A DNA stretch of 64,000 nt, from NCBI GenBank assembly GCA_965218425.1, contig OZ244621.1, forward strand, positions 1,984,001-2,048,000. Direction: 5' to 3'. This DNA comes from an uncultured Candidatus Binatia bacterium. GTDB taxonomy: Bacteria > Desulfobacterota > Binatia > UBA9968 > CAXXLF01. Below, piece after piece: positions 9,337-19,288 of this stretch (its first letter is position 1; every line of letters begins with the position of its first letter). The notes below the pieces were generated by a model. It was not told the origin of the DNA. It saw nothing but the letters and a program-made list of their open reading frames with translations, and did no database searches. Position numbers and translations under genes: made by a program.

Positions 9337-10470
9337 ATGAGCCAATGGCAATTTCCAGTTATCGATTGTGATGGGCATTTGGTGGAGTCTATCCCTGAGT
9401 TGACTGAGTTCATGGACTCAGACATGCGCCAGGCCGTCTTAAGCGCTGGTCGCCAGCGCGAAGGAGCCTTTCCATCCTTGGACGGTTTCCACGGACCGCG
9501 GATACGAGGGGCCGGCGCGGCCAACGGCGAAGAACGACCCTACGTCACAGCAAGCTCCCATCGCAAGGGCTCCGCCGAAGACTACATGGCCTTTTTAGAA
9601 AAGGCCGAAGTCGATGAGGCCATTATCTTTACCAGCGAGGGTCTTTCCGTTGGCTTTATTCAAAACTCGGATTATGCCGTTGGTATCTGCCGTGCGTACA
9701 ATGACTACGTTTATGATCGATACGCTCGCGTGAGCGACAAATTGCATCCCATGGCTCTCATTGCCATGCAGGATCCTAAACAGGCCAGGTTGGAACTCCG
9801 GCGCGCGGTTAAAGAGCTGGGGTTCCCCGGCGCGATGATCCCATCCACCGGACTCTCCCTTCATGTCGCCCACGAGTACTATCGGCCCATCTATGAAGAG
9901 GCTGCCGACCTGGACTGTGTCCTTGGCGTTCATGGCGGCTCCATTGCCGGCATTGGCATGGATACCTTCACCGCCCGCCGCGCCATATCTGGAACCCATC
10001 ACTCCATCGCCCTTCTGTTGGCGTTGACCACCCTCATCGGGCATGGGGTAATGGAACGCTATCCCTCCCTACGCGTGGGCTTCTTTGAAGGCGGATGTTC
10101 GTGGTTGGTGATGTTGCTGGACCGTATGGAACGGCACGAGAGAGTCACGGGCAGGATCGACGTAGGCACTTTGACCGAATGCCTGGAAAGCGGAAGAATC
10201 CTCGTTGGCTGTGAAGGCAACGACGGAAGCCTTCCCCATCTAGTGCAGCGTATCGGACCGGATGTTTTTTCATGGGCCTCCGATTATCCGCACGAGGTGG
10301 ACCTCGAGGCGGCAAAGGACATGATTCGTGACACCGTCGGCAGCAAGGTTTTTTCGGCCGCAGAGAAAGCGGCGGTGCTGGGAAGCAACGCGCAACGTTT
10401 TTTTAAATTGGCGCCCAGACAGAGCCAGAGTGTTCAGGCAAGTTCCATGGGCCAAACCGAACACGCCTAA
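9337..10470 (+). CDS. Amidohydrolase family protein
   Basis: IDCDGH, RAYND, FFEGG, WASDYPH; AGGAGG RBS. Confidence 0.9.
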   Translation: MSQWQFPVIDCDGHLVESIPELTEFMDSDMRQAVLSAGRQREGAFPSLDGFHGPRIRGAGAANGEERPYVTASSHRKGSAEDYMAFLEKAEVDEAIIFTSEGLSVGFIQNSDYAVGICRAYNDYVYDRYARVSDKLHPMALIAMQDPKQARLELRRAVKELGFPGAMIPSTGLSLHVAHEYYRPIYEEAADLDCVLGVHGGSIAGIGMDTFTARRAISGTHHSIALLLALTTLIGHGVMERYPSLRVGFFEGGCSWLVMLLDRMERHERVTGRIDVGTLTECLESGRILVGCEGNDGSLPHLVQRIGPDVFSWASDYPHEVDLEAAKDMIRDTVGSKVFSAAEKAAVLGSNAQRFFKLAPRQSQSVQASSMGQTEHA

Positions 10471-10754
10471 CTTTGGGATACGGTCGCCAGAGGTTTCAGC
10501 GTTGAGAGCCGACTGATTCACCCATCGGGAGGTGAATCCTTGTTGACCCGTCGCGCAAGAGAGCCTAGCAGCGACACGAAACGAACCTTTCCCAATATCA
10601 CCCAAAAGATGTCGAGCAAAAATGATCTTCCGTAAACCGGATGAAGCAGAGAAGTTTTGCGAGCTATGCACCCATTGTAAGTGCCATCGGAAGGCTCCGG
10701 ATAAGAATTTGATTCGCAACGTCTAATCCAGAAGGAACCGTCAGGAGGTGAGAA

Positions 10755-13001
10755 TTGGCCTATCAAACCCTGGGTAAACCCCTACCGAGAGTAGAAGGAT
10801 TAGAAAAGGTAACCGGCACAACCCAGTACGCCGCGGACCTTGCCGTACCCAATGCATTGTGGAGCAAGGTTCTTCGTAGCCCTTTTCCCCACGCCCGTTT
10901 GGTTCGGGTCGACACTTCCAAAGCCAAGGAACTGAGGGGTATTCATGCGGTCCTGTGCGGATCCGATTTGCCTCCCATTCTCACCGGGCTACGTATGAAA
11001 GATATGCCCATACTGGCCCAGGAGCGAGTTCGTTTTGTGGGGGAGCCGGTGGCGGCTGTGGCCGCCGAGAGCCCTGATATCGCCGAGGAGGCCCTTGGAC
11101 TCATCGACGTTCAGTATGAAGAGATAAATGCCGTATACGACCCCCTGGAGGCCATGAAACCGGGAGCTCCTGTGCTCCACGATGATCCGTCACGTTTTAA
11201 AAACGCCCCTCCAGTCACCGTTGACCTGCCAAACATTCAATCAATCAAGGTCTGGAAACATGGAGACCTGGAGGCCGCTTTTTCGGAAGCGACTTATATA
11301 TTCGAGCATACCTTCCGAACACCCCTCACCCATCATGGTTACCTCGAGCCCCATGCCTGCACCGTTTGGGTTGATCCCATGGGGAATGTGGAGATTTGGG
11401 CCTCCAACAAGGCCCCCTACAATTTGCGCGATAGGTTGGCCGCGGAGCTGTCCATTGAGAAAGAACGCATCAAAGTACACATTCTATCCGTGGGGGGAGA
11501 CTTCGGCGGAAAGACTTCCATCGTCGATGTTCCCATTTGTTACTTCCTATCCAAACGCGCAGGCAAACCAGTCAAGATGGTTCTCAGCTACGCGGAGGAG
11601 CTTGCGGCCGCGGCACACCGCCACCCATCGGTGATCACGTTGCGCACCGGAGTAAAACAGGACGGAACTCTCCTTGCCATGGAGGCAAAAGCCATCTTTG
11701 GCGGAGGCGCCTATGCCGCTTTGAAGGCCAACCCCGACGTAACGGTCATGGGTCCCAGGCGATTGGCGAGCTACTACCGTATCCCCGCCATTCATGTAGA
11801 AACCACCTGCGTCTATACAAACCAGGTCCCCTGCACCCAGTCCCGGACTCCGGGGAGCCCCCAGGTGGTCTTCGCCGTGGAATCCCAGATGGAAATCATA
11901 GCCCGTGAGTTGAGTCTGGACCCAATTCAGTTTCGGATGCAGAACCTATTACAGGACGGTGAAGCCTCACCCCTAGGACAGAAGTGGGAACATATTCGTG
12001 CCCGCGAGACCCTGGACAAGGCCATTAAGGCGTCCAGATGGCGCCGCCGCAAGCCCTCGAAATATCACGGTCGTGGGGTGGCCCTATACGAACGCGGGGC
12101 AAACGGCAGCAAGGCCAATGTGGCCATCACCATCGAGAACGACAGAAACATTACCGTATTAACCGGGGTGCCCGAGACGGGTCCGGGTATCTATACGGTG
12201 ATGCAGCAGATTGTCAGCGAAACCCTTGCCGTTAGTTCCCAGAAGGTCAGTGTCAAGTTTGAAAACACCCACAGCTTACCCTACGACCCAGGCACCGGCG
12301 GCAGCAAATCCACGGTTTCTACGGGCTATGCGGCTTACCAGGCGGCACAGGAGCTATTGGAAAAACTAAAAGTATTTGCCGGGCGAGAGCTTGGGTGCGA
12401 CTCTCAAGAGGTCCGTCATGTGGACGGGCGATTTATGGGTCAAGGACGAAAAAGCCTTTCCTTTGAGGAAGTAGCCACATGCGCTGTGAGCGAGAATCAC
12501 GGTCCCATCACCCATCTAACGTTTTTTGAGCCTTCCAAGGGGCCTTCGGTTACTTCCTTTGCCGCCCAGGTGGCCGAAGTGGAAGTGGAACCTGAAACGG
12601 GTCAAGTCACGGTGAAGAGCATTACTACCGCGCATGACTCCGGTGTTGTGTTGAACTCTCTCACCTACCAGGGTCAGGTGGACGGAGGTGTCATCACGGG
12701 GCTAGGATTTGCCACCATGGAAGAAACTCCATTGGCCGATGGGCATGTGTCCACCGCAAACCTCGGCGAATTCAAAATACCGACTACAATGGAGGTCCCC
12801 AGTTTGACCACCGTCTTGTTGGAAAGCGCCACTGGACCGACCCCCTTTCATGGCAAGGCCATCGCGGAAATCCCTAATGCGCCAACGGCCGCTGCCATAG
12901 CTAACGCCGTGGCCGATGCGGTGGGGATTCGGCTCTTCGAGTTACCGCTGACAGCGGAGAGAGTGTACAAGAGCTTGAAGCAGCTGCAGCCCCTGGGCTG
13001 A
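10755..13001 (+). CDS. Xanthine dehydrogenase/CoxL family molybdopterin-binding subunit
   Basis: KVTG...YAAD, VLRSP.PHA, YLEPH, VGGDFGGK, GQVDGG...GLG, KAIAE; TTG start after AGGAGG. Confidence 0.92.
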   Translation: MAYQTLGKPLPRVEGLEKVTGTTQYAADLAVPNALWSKVLRSPFPHARLVRVDTSKAKELRGIHAVLCGSDLPPILTGLRMKDMPILAQERVRFVGEPVAAVAAESPDIAEEALGLIDVQYEEINAVYDPLEAMKPGAPVLHDDPSRFKNAPPVTVDLPNIQSIKVWKHGDLEAAFSEATYIFEHTFRTPLTHHGYLEPHACTVWVDPMGNVEIWASNKAPYNLRDRLAAELSIEKERIKVHILSVGGDFGGKTSIVDVPICYFLSKRAGKPVKMVLSYAEELAAAAHRHPSVITLRTGVKQDGTLLAMEAKAIFGGGAYAALKANPDVTVMGPRRLASYYRIPAIHVETTCVYTNQVPCTQSRTPGSPQVVFAVESQMEIIARELSLDPIQFRMQNLLQDGEASPLGQKWEHIRARETLDKAIKASRWRRRKPSKYHGRGVALYERGANGSKANVAITIENDRNITVLTGVPETGPGIYTVMQQIVSETLAVSSQKVSVKFENTHSLPYDPGTGGSKSTVSTGYAAYQAAQELLEKLKVFAGRELGCDSQEVRHVDGRFMGQGRKSLSFEEVATCAVSENHGPITHLTFFEPSKGPSVTSFAAQVAEVEVEPETGQVTVKSITTAHDSGVVLNSLTYQGQVDGGVITGLGFATMEETPLADGHVSTANLGEFKIPTTMEVPSLTTVLLESATGPTPFHGKAIAEIPNAPTAAAIANAVADAVGIRLFELPLTAERVYKSLKQLQPLG

Positions 13002-13149
13002 TAGAACCACCTTCAGCCGGTGGAAACGGCAAGCATCTCCAGTAAAAGTCTCTCTACGCAGCCCTAAAGCGTCGCGAACCCAAGGACTACCACCAATGGC
13101 AGTGAGCAGCTGGCGGCAAATCGCCGGTCAGTACTGAGTCGCGATTGCT

Positions 13150-13240
13150 GAGTACTGAGCGAAAACCGTAAAGAGACTACAGACTTCGGGTCGTCAATCC
13201 TTAGCTCCAGGTCAAAGGTCAGTAGTCGATAGTCGGTGGC
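13150..13240. repeat. Intergenic dispersed repeat homologous to about 39695-39800
   Basis: ACTGAGCGA-AAC-GTAAAGAGAC...GGTCGTCAATCC shared by both loci. Confidence 0.6.
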
Positions 13241-13340
13241 CCCGATCCCCAAGGACGCTATGCGCCTTGTTCCTTGCTGCCTTAGAGAGGTCAGATTGCA
13301 ATGCCAGGCTCCTTCACTGTAAGCTGCCCATAGAACGCCA

Positions 13341-14060
13341 GTGATACAACCCGTAACCCCCAAGAAGGCATCCACGGTGATACTTATCCGACCGGACAAC
13401 CGTGGAAAGTTTGAGGTCTTCATGACCCTGCGTCCCGCCGAGATGAAATTCCTCGGTGGATTTTATGTTTTTCCCGGCGGAAGCATCAGAAAAAGGGACT
13501 ACTCAGAGGCCATGCTCAATCGATGCCAAGGTCTTTCTGGAAGCGAAGCTCAAAGGATTCTTGGCGACCAACTCAGCCAGGAACTCGCAATGGGGCACTG
13601 GGTGGCGGGGATCAGAGAACTCTTTGAAGAAGTGGGGATACTTCTCTGCGTCACAGAGTCCGGTGAACCCTTGGACATGACAAAAGACAACATAAAAGAT
13701 CGGTTGGCTCGTAAGCGCGAAGCCCTGGTCCGGGGATCCCTGGATTTTCCGACCCTGCTGGAATCGGAATGCCTGCGTTGCGATCTGGGTCGTGTGGTTT
13801 TTTTCTATCATCGGGTGACACCGGAAATGTATTCCATGCGGTTCGATGCCCGCTTCTATCTAGCCCGGTTACCGTCGGGCCAGTCTCCATTGTCTTGCTC
13901 CGAAGAGGTCGCAGATGGCCTTTGGATCACACCTGAACAAGTCCTGGAGGCGTCCGAAAGGGGTGACTTCCCGGTCATTCCCCCCACCACTACTTCCTTA
14001 AAGACCCTAACGGCATTCGATTCTTGGCAGAGTCTCTGCGCCAAGTACAAGCTAGGTTAA
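13341..14060 (+). CDS. NUDIX hydrolase
   Basis: YVFPGG...GIRELFEEVG Nudix box, RFDARFY, PPT. Confidence 0.88.
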   Translation: MIQPVTPKKASTVILIRPDNRGKFEVFMTLRPAEMKFLGGFYVFPGGSIRKRDYSEAMLNRCQGLSGSEAQRILGDQLSQELAMGHWVAGIRELFEEVGILLCVTESGEPLDMTKDNIKDRLARKREALVRGSLDFPTLLESECLRCDLGRVVFFYHRVTPEMYSMRFDARFYLARLPSGQSPLSCSEEVADGLWITPEQVLEASERGDFPVIPPTTTSLKTLTAFDSWQSLCAKYKLG

Positions 14061-14141
14061 GACTTATTCGCTACCGAATGCACCTACCGTTTATCTCTAC
14101 GCCGTGTAACCGAGATGCTGTTTAAGCTAGAGTGATCCCCC

Positions 14142-15020
14142 ATGAAGGATGATCCAGATATCCCCCTTCGGGTCACCGAGGATCTCGCGACCACTGAAGA
14201 GTGGACGCTTGTGCTGGTTGCCGAGGGGTTGTCACCGGCTGTGCGGCGCACGAGTTATGGGTTTGCCCTGGTGGTTCCGGCCAGCGAGACGGAGCGGGCA
14301 AACGCAGCCCTTGCCGCCTACGAGAGTGAAAACCCACCCGTGCCACAGGTAGAGGATAAGCTCCAGGGTGCTGGGTATCTGACAGCCGGCATTACCGTTG
14401 CAACTGCGCTTCTGGCATTTTTTCTTATCACCGGAGAGCCGGACCCAGGGAACTCATGGTTCAAGCGTGGCAGCTCGGATGCGGCCTACCTCTTGAGTGG
14501 TGAGTGGTGGCGGAGCGTCACTGCGCTCACCCTGCACGTGGATCTTGGACATGTGCTTTCCAACGCCATTGCCATGGTCCTGTTCCTGAGCGCAGTGTGT
14601 CGCTCGCTGGGTCCAGGACTCGGCATCGCCACTGTTTTGTTGGCCGGTGCAGCAGGCAACCTCGCCAACGCTTTCTTACAGGGTCCCGCCCATGTCTCGG
14701 TGGGGGCATCCACGGCGGTATTCGCCGCTGTTGGCGTTATTGTGAGCTTGGCCGTGGTGAGACGTCGCCGTATGCGATCCTTTGGGCGCCGTGCCTGGTT
14801 GCCCATTGCCGCCGGATTCGCCCTCCTGGCGATGTTGGGGACAGGACAGTACCGGGTGGACCTCTGGGCTCACTTCCTGGGCTTGCTCGCCGGGGGACTC
14901 CTGGGAGCGGCCGTCGCGCTTTATTGTTACCGCCCGCCACGCTCTACCGTTCAGTGGACCCTGGTGGGCGCCTCCCTTGCGCTGGTTATCGGCTGTTGGG
15001 CCTATGCGCTCCGGTATTGA
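14142..15020 (+). CDS. Rhomboid family intramembrane serine protease
   Basis: WWR..TALTLH...H..SN, GAS catalytic Ser, AHFLG catalytic His, multiple TM segments. Confidence 0.9.
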   Translation: MKDDPDIPLRVTEDLATTEEWTLVLVAEGLSPAVRRTSYGFALVVPASETERANAALAAYESENPPVPQVEDKLQGAGYLTAGITVATALLAFFLITGEPDPGNSWFKRGSSDAAYLLSGEWWRSVTALTLHVDLGHVLSNAIAMVLFLSAVCRSLGPGLGIATVLLAGAAGNLANAFLQGPAHVSVGASTAVFAAVGVIVSLAVVRRRRMRSFGRRAWLPIAAGFALLAMLGTGQYRVDLWAHFLGLLAGGLLGAAVALYCYRPPRSTVQWTLVGASLALVIGCWAYALRY

Positions 15021-15071
15021 TCGAGAACTCGGTTAATTGTTATTGTTAATCGTTTCGCCACGGGCCACTGA

Positions 15072-16151
15072 ATGGGTGTTTTGGGGATCATGAAAAAGGG
15101 GAAAGCTGACACTCCTGACTTAGTTCCTGCGCCTGTCCCAGAGTCTGAATGGGCTGCTTGGTCTGATGAGAAGCTCCTGGACATGAGGATATGCGATTTG
15201 CAACTAGAGATCCTGGGAACCGATATCGAGGAGCAGATTGAGCATCTCTACCAAGAGTTAGAGGACCGGGGTCTTGGCTTTCGCCCATTTTTCTGGCTCT
15301 CCGACGACTGGTTTACTCCAGACGGTGTCTCCGGAATCGCTATCCCTTTTTACCTGGCCCATCCGCGCCTGGCGCGCCTTGAGCTCAACCAGATGTTCGA
15401 GGTTGAGGGTGGGACTTCCGAGTGGTGCATGCGAATCCTTCGCCATGAGACCGGGCATGCCATAGAAAATGCCTACCTGTTACGGCGACGGCGACAGCGA
15501 CAGAAATTGTTCGGCAAATCCTCAAAGGCCTACCCTGAACACTACACGCCCAAGCCCTACAGCAAGAGATTCGTGCTCCACCTCGACTCCTGGTACGCCC
15601 AGAGCCACCCAGACGAGGACTTTGCGGAAACTTTCGCGGTCTGGCTTGACCCCAAATCCATGTGGCAAGAGCGCTATGCGGGCTGGCCCGTACTCAAAAA
15701 ACTCCAGTACATAGACCAGCTCATGCATGAGATTGGAAAGCGTGACCCGCTGGCGGAGCCACAAAGGCGTATGGAACCTGTCTCCCGATTGACCAAGACA
15801 CTGCGAGCACACTACTTGGAAAAACGCCGACACTACGGCGTCGAACACCCCGATTTCTACGATCGGGATCTCAGAAGGCTGTTCTCCGACGCCAAGGAAT
15901 TCCGGGGTAATATGACAGCGGCGTCTTTTTTGGGTCGGATTCGCAAGGAGGTACGCCGCAAGGTGGCAAGATGGACGGGTGAATACCAATACACCATTGA
16001 CCAGGTTCTACAGGATATGATCGACAGGTCCCGGGAACTCAACCTTAGACTGGCAAATAGCGAGGATCAAACAAAGTTAGACTTTACTGTTCTCCTTACG
16101 GTTCAGACGATGAACTATCTCCATAGTGGTCGTCACCGGCTGGCGTTATGA
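15072..16151 (+). CDS. Putative zinc-binding metallopeptidase
   Basis: LRHETGH (HExxH) and HPDEDFAETF motif. Confidence 0.85.
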   Translation: MGVLGIMKKGKADTPDLVPAPVPESEWAAWSDEKLLDMRICDLQLEILGTDIEEQIEHLYQELEDRGLGFRPFFWLSDDWFTPDGVSGIAIPFYLAHPRLARLELNQMFEVEGGTSEWCMRILRHETGHAIENAYLLRRRRQRQKLFGKSSKAYPEHYTPKPYSKRFVLHLDSWYAQSHPDEDFAETFAVWLDPKSMWQERYAGWPVLKKLQYIDQLMHEIGKRDPLAEPQRRMEPVSRLTKTLRAHYLEKRRHYGVEHPDFYDRDLRRLFSDAKEFRGNMTAASFLGRIRKEVRRKVARWTGEYQYTIDQVLQDMIDRSRELNLRLANSEDQTKLDFTVLLTVQTMNYLHSGRHRLAL

Positions 16152-17170
16152 AAAAACTCAGAATCTTAGCGTTGATGCACGAGGATCTTGTTCCTCCCGA
16201 GGACATCTCCGGTATCGAGATCGAATCGGCGGAGTGGAAGACGGAGTATAGCGTCGTGACGACGTTACGCAAGATAGGGCACGAGGTCCTTCCCCTTGGG
16301 GTGCGAAGTGATCTGGAGGTAATTCACAAGACCATCGATGAGTGGAAGCCTCACATCGCCTTTAATCTACTCGAAGAGTTCGACGGTGTGGCAGTCTATG
16401 ATCAAAACGTGATCGGCTACCTCGAACTGTTGGGGATGCCCTACACCGGATGTAATCCGCGGGGTCTGATGCTGGCTCGTGACAAAAGCCTGTCCAAAAA
16501 GATTCTCGCCTATCATCGGATTCTTCACCCCGACTTTGCATTTTTCCCCATGGGACGCGCCGTGAGAAGGCACAAGCGTCTGGGGTTTCCGTTGATCGTC
16601 AAATCCGTCTCCCAGGAAGCCTCCCTGGGGATTTCCCAAGCCTCTATTGTGGATGACGATGACAAACTCCGAGAGCGCGTGTCCTTCGTTCATAAGAACG
16701 TTGGAACCGATGCCATTGCCGAAAGGTATATCGAAGGGCGCGAGCTATACGTAGGAGTCCTGGGCAACATGAGACTGCAAGTATTTCCCGTCTGGGAGTT
16801 GTTTTTAGACGGCTTGCCCGACGAGGTACAGCGCATCGCCACTGCAAGGGTGAAATGGAACCCAAACTATCAGAAAAAATACGGTATCACATCCGGGCCG
16901 GCGGAAGGGTTACCCAATGGGGTGAAGGAAAGGATTCAATATCTAGCCAAACGGATATACCGCGCCCTAAATCTAAGCGGATACGCCCGCGTCGATCTCA
17001 GGCTTGACACTGAAGGGAGGGTCTATGTCTTGGAAGCCAACCCTAACCCTGAAGTGGCTGAGCAGGAAGATTTCGCCGAATCCGCCCGTGAGGCTGGGAC
17101 CCTCTACAATGACCTGCTGCAGAAGATTCTCAATCTCGGTTCCCATTGGCGACCCGACCGGTTGGGATAG
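16148..17170 (+). CDS. ATP-grasp ligase (D-Ala-D-Ala ligase-like)
   Basis: PYTG, DK.LSK, PLIVK, ERYIEGRE, YARVD, LEANPNP; ATGA overlap with the peptidase. Confidence 0.85.
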   Translation: MKKLRILALMHEDLVPPEDISGIEIESAEWKTEYSVVTTLRKIGHEVLPLGVRSDLEVIHKTIDEWKPHIAFNLLEEFDGVAVYDQNVIGYLELLGMPYTGCNPRGLMLARDKSLSKKILAYHRILHPDFAFFPMGRAVRRHKRLGFPLIVKSVSQEASLGISQASIVDDDDKLRERVSFVHKNVGTDAIAERYIEGRELYVGVLGNMRLQVFPVWELFLDGLPDEVQRIATARVKWNPNYQKKYGITSGPAEGLPNGVKERIQYLAKRIYRALNLSGYARVDLRLDTEGRVYVLEANPNPEVAEQEDFAESAREAGTLYNDLLQKILNLGSHWRPDRLG

Positions 17171-17265
17171 CAAGAGGGGCAGGAACGACCCAATCACGGC
17201 AGTTTGACAATCAGCCAAAAGAAAAGCTACAGATAGGTATCGCTTCGAGTGCTGCGGAGGAACAA

Positions 17266-18402
17266 ATGCTCGTTAAAATGGCCAAAGGCGCCACCCCGGA
17301 ACAGATCACTGCAGTTGAGGAGAAACTGCACGGTTGGGGGTATAAAACCGGCAAGATGGCGGGCGAGGAGATCACCCTCATCGGGGCCTATGGGGACATA
17401 ACCCGCCTGCCGCAGGGTGAAATCCAGGAAATGGGTGGGGTCGAAAGCCTCATCCCCATCTCTAGGGCCTATAAACGAGCCTCTCAGAAAGGCTCTCCAG
17501 ACAGCCTTATACACAATACCGTAAACATTGGGAAAATTGAGGTTGGGGGCGACAAATTGACCGTTGTGGCAGGTCCCTGTTCTGTGGAAAGCGAGCCCCA
17601 GATCATGGAGGCCGCCAAATTTGTCAAAGAGTCCGGGGCCACGGCACTGCGCGGAGGAGTGGTTAAGTACCGCTCCAGTCCCTACAGCGGCTGGGAGGGT
17701 ATCGGCTCCAACTCGGAAGAGGCTCTGCGTAACGGGCTCAAACTCATTGTCAAAGCCGGTAAGGAATTTGACTTACCCACCGTGGTGGAGGTGCTCGATC
17801 CCAACGATGTCACCGTCTATGAAGACATGGGGATCGATTGTATCCAGGTGGGCGAGCCAAACTCAAAAAACCAAGCCCTGTTGAACCGTTTGCGCGATAC
17901 ACCACTGCCGGTCATCCATAAACGCGGCAACTCACTGGACATTGAAGCTTATCTGTTATGGGTGGAGCGCGTGATGGCCAATGGAAAAGAGAACGTCATC
18001 CTGTGCGAACGGGGCATCATGAGCGCCAACAAATATACCCGCAACACCTTGGACCTGGGCGCCATTGCCGCCCTGCACTATCAACTCTCGTGCCTGCCAG
18101 TTGGAGTGGACGCTTCTCATGGTACCGGGATCCGTGACCTCGTTCACAGTATGACTCTGGCCGGCATCATGGCCGGTGCCTCACTGGTCTTAATCGAGGC
18201 TCATCCCAACCCGCTCATCGCAAAATCGGACGGATTTCAAGGACTGTTTCCCGAGCAACTCATTCGGTTGGTGGCTGCCTGTTATCAGGTTTGGGACCTA
18301 CGCAAGCGCCTCGACTGTCTCTACATCCCAACCACAAACTTGGAACGCGACTACGACGCTCGGTCCACTACGGACAAGAAACGTTTCTTCGGCGCCTCTT
18401 AA
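17266..18402 (+). CDS. Divergent class I-beta DAHP synthase-like protein with N-terminal regulatory domain
   Basis: AGPCSVE, LRGG, HKRG, LCERG, TRNTLD, DASH, EAHP, SDG retained; KPRTS is KYRSS and GARN is GEPN; GGAGG RBS before ATG 17266. Confidence 0.85.
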   Translation: MLVKMAKGATPEQITAVEEKLHGWGYKTGKMAGEEITLIGAYGDITRLPQGEIQEMGGVESLIPISRAYKRASQKGSPDSLIHNTVNIGKIEVGGDKLTVVAGPCSVESEPQIMEAAKFVKESGATALRGGVVKYRSSPYSGWEGIGSNSEEALRNGLKLIVKAGKEFDLPTVVEVLDPNDVTVYEDMGIDCIQVGEPNSKNQALLNRLRDTPLPVIHKRGNSLDIEAYLLWVERVMANGKENVILCERGIMSANKYTRNTLDLGAIAALHYQLSCLPVGVDASHGTGIRDLVHSMTLAGIMAGASLVLIEAHPNPLIAKSDGFQGLFPEQLIRLVAACYQVWDLRKRLDCLYIPTTNLERDYDARSTTDKKRFFGAS

Positions 18403-18520
18403 GAGTTGTGAGAGTCCTTTATTCCTCCCACGACCCAACAACCACTAAATCATGTCAGAAATAGAGACAGGCAAACACAAAGACAGCTAGAGCCCGAGTT
18501 CAGGCCAAGACGGATTGTCC

Positions 18521-19255
18521 ATGAAGGTCCACTTTTTAGGGTGTGGTGACGCCTTCGGTAGCGGAGGAAGAAATCACAGCGCTTATCTGGTGGAGGCCTC
18601 AGACCGTCTCTTTTTACTGGATTGCGGTCCCACTACCCTTCTATCCATGAAGAGGGCGGGATTTGATCCACAACGGCTTGACGCTATCATCCTGAGCCAT
18701 CTCCACGGGGACCACTTCGGCGGACTGCCTTTTTTTTTCCTGGAGTACCTCTACGGGACCCCACCCTCCAAGTCCTTGCCCATCATGGGTCCCGCCACCA
18801 CCGAGGAGCGCGTTCGCACATTGACCCATTGCATGTATCCGGGCATTTCAGAGCGCAATCAATCTCTTCCAACGCGGTTTCATATCCTCGAGCCGGGAAA
18901 ACAGGAATCCATCGAAGGCATCGACATCCTTCCCTTCCGTGTGCCGCACCAGGTCCAGGAGATTTCCCTGGGGCTCAAGATAGGTTATCAAGGAAAACAA
19001 ATTCTCTATTCAGGAGACTCGGCGTGGACGGATCAGTTCATCACCCATTCTAAGGGGGTAGACCTCTTTATCTGTGAGTGTTCTTTTTTTGCACGGGATT
19101 CCGAAGCTCATCTGAGCTACAGGAAGATTCAAGAGAATCTCCCTCAGCTAAAGTGTAAAAACCTGGTGCTCACCCACATGGACGAAGAAACGTTAAGTCA
19201 GAGACTAGACTTGTCCGTGAAGTCAGCCGAAGACGGGATGGTGGTTGAAATTTAA
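18521..19255 (+). CDS. MBL-fold metallo-hydrolase (RNase Z-like)
   Basis: LGCGDAFGSGGR, LDCG, SHLHGDHFGG, YSGDS, LTH. Confidence 0.9.
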   Translation: MKVHFLGCGDAFGSGGRNHSAYLVEASDRLFLLDCGPTTLLSMKRAGFDPQRLDAIILSHLHGDHFGGLPFFFLEYLYGTPPSKSLPIMGPATTEERVRTLTHCMYPGISERNQSLPTRFHILEPGKQESIEGIDILPFRVPHQVQEISLGLKIGYQGKQILYSGDSAWTDQFITHSKGVDLFICECSFFARDSEAHLSYRKIQENLPQLKCKNLVLTHMDEETLSQRLDLSVKSAEDGMVVEI

Positions 19256-19288
19256 TGCGAATCCTAGCATAAATCGGAGGGACGCCCC

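Noticed and set aside
10471..10754. Possible Moco riboswitch upstream of the Mo-hydroxylase
   Set aside because: Only short hairpins; the conserved motif elements were not recognised
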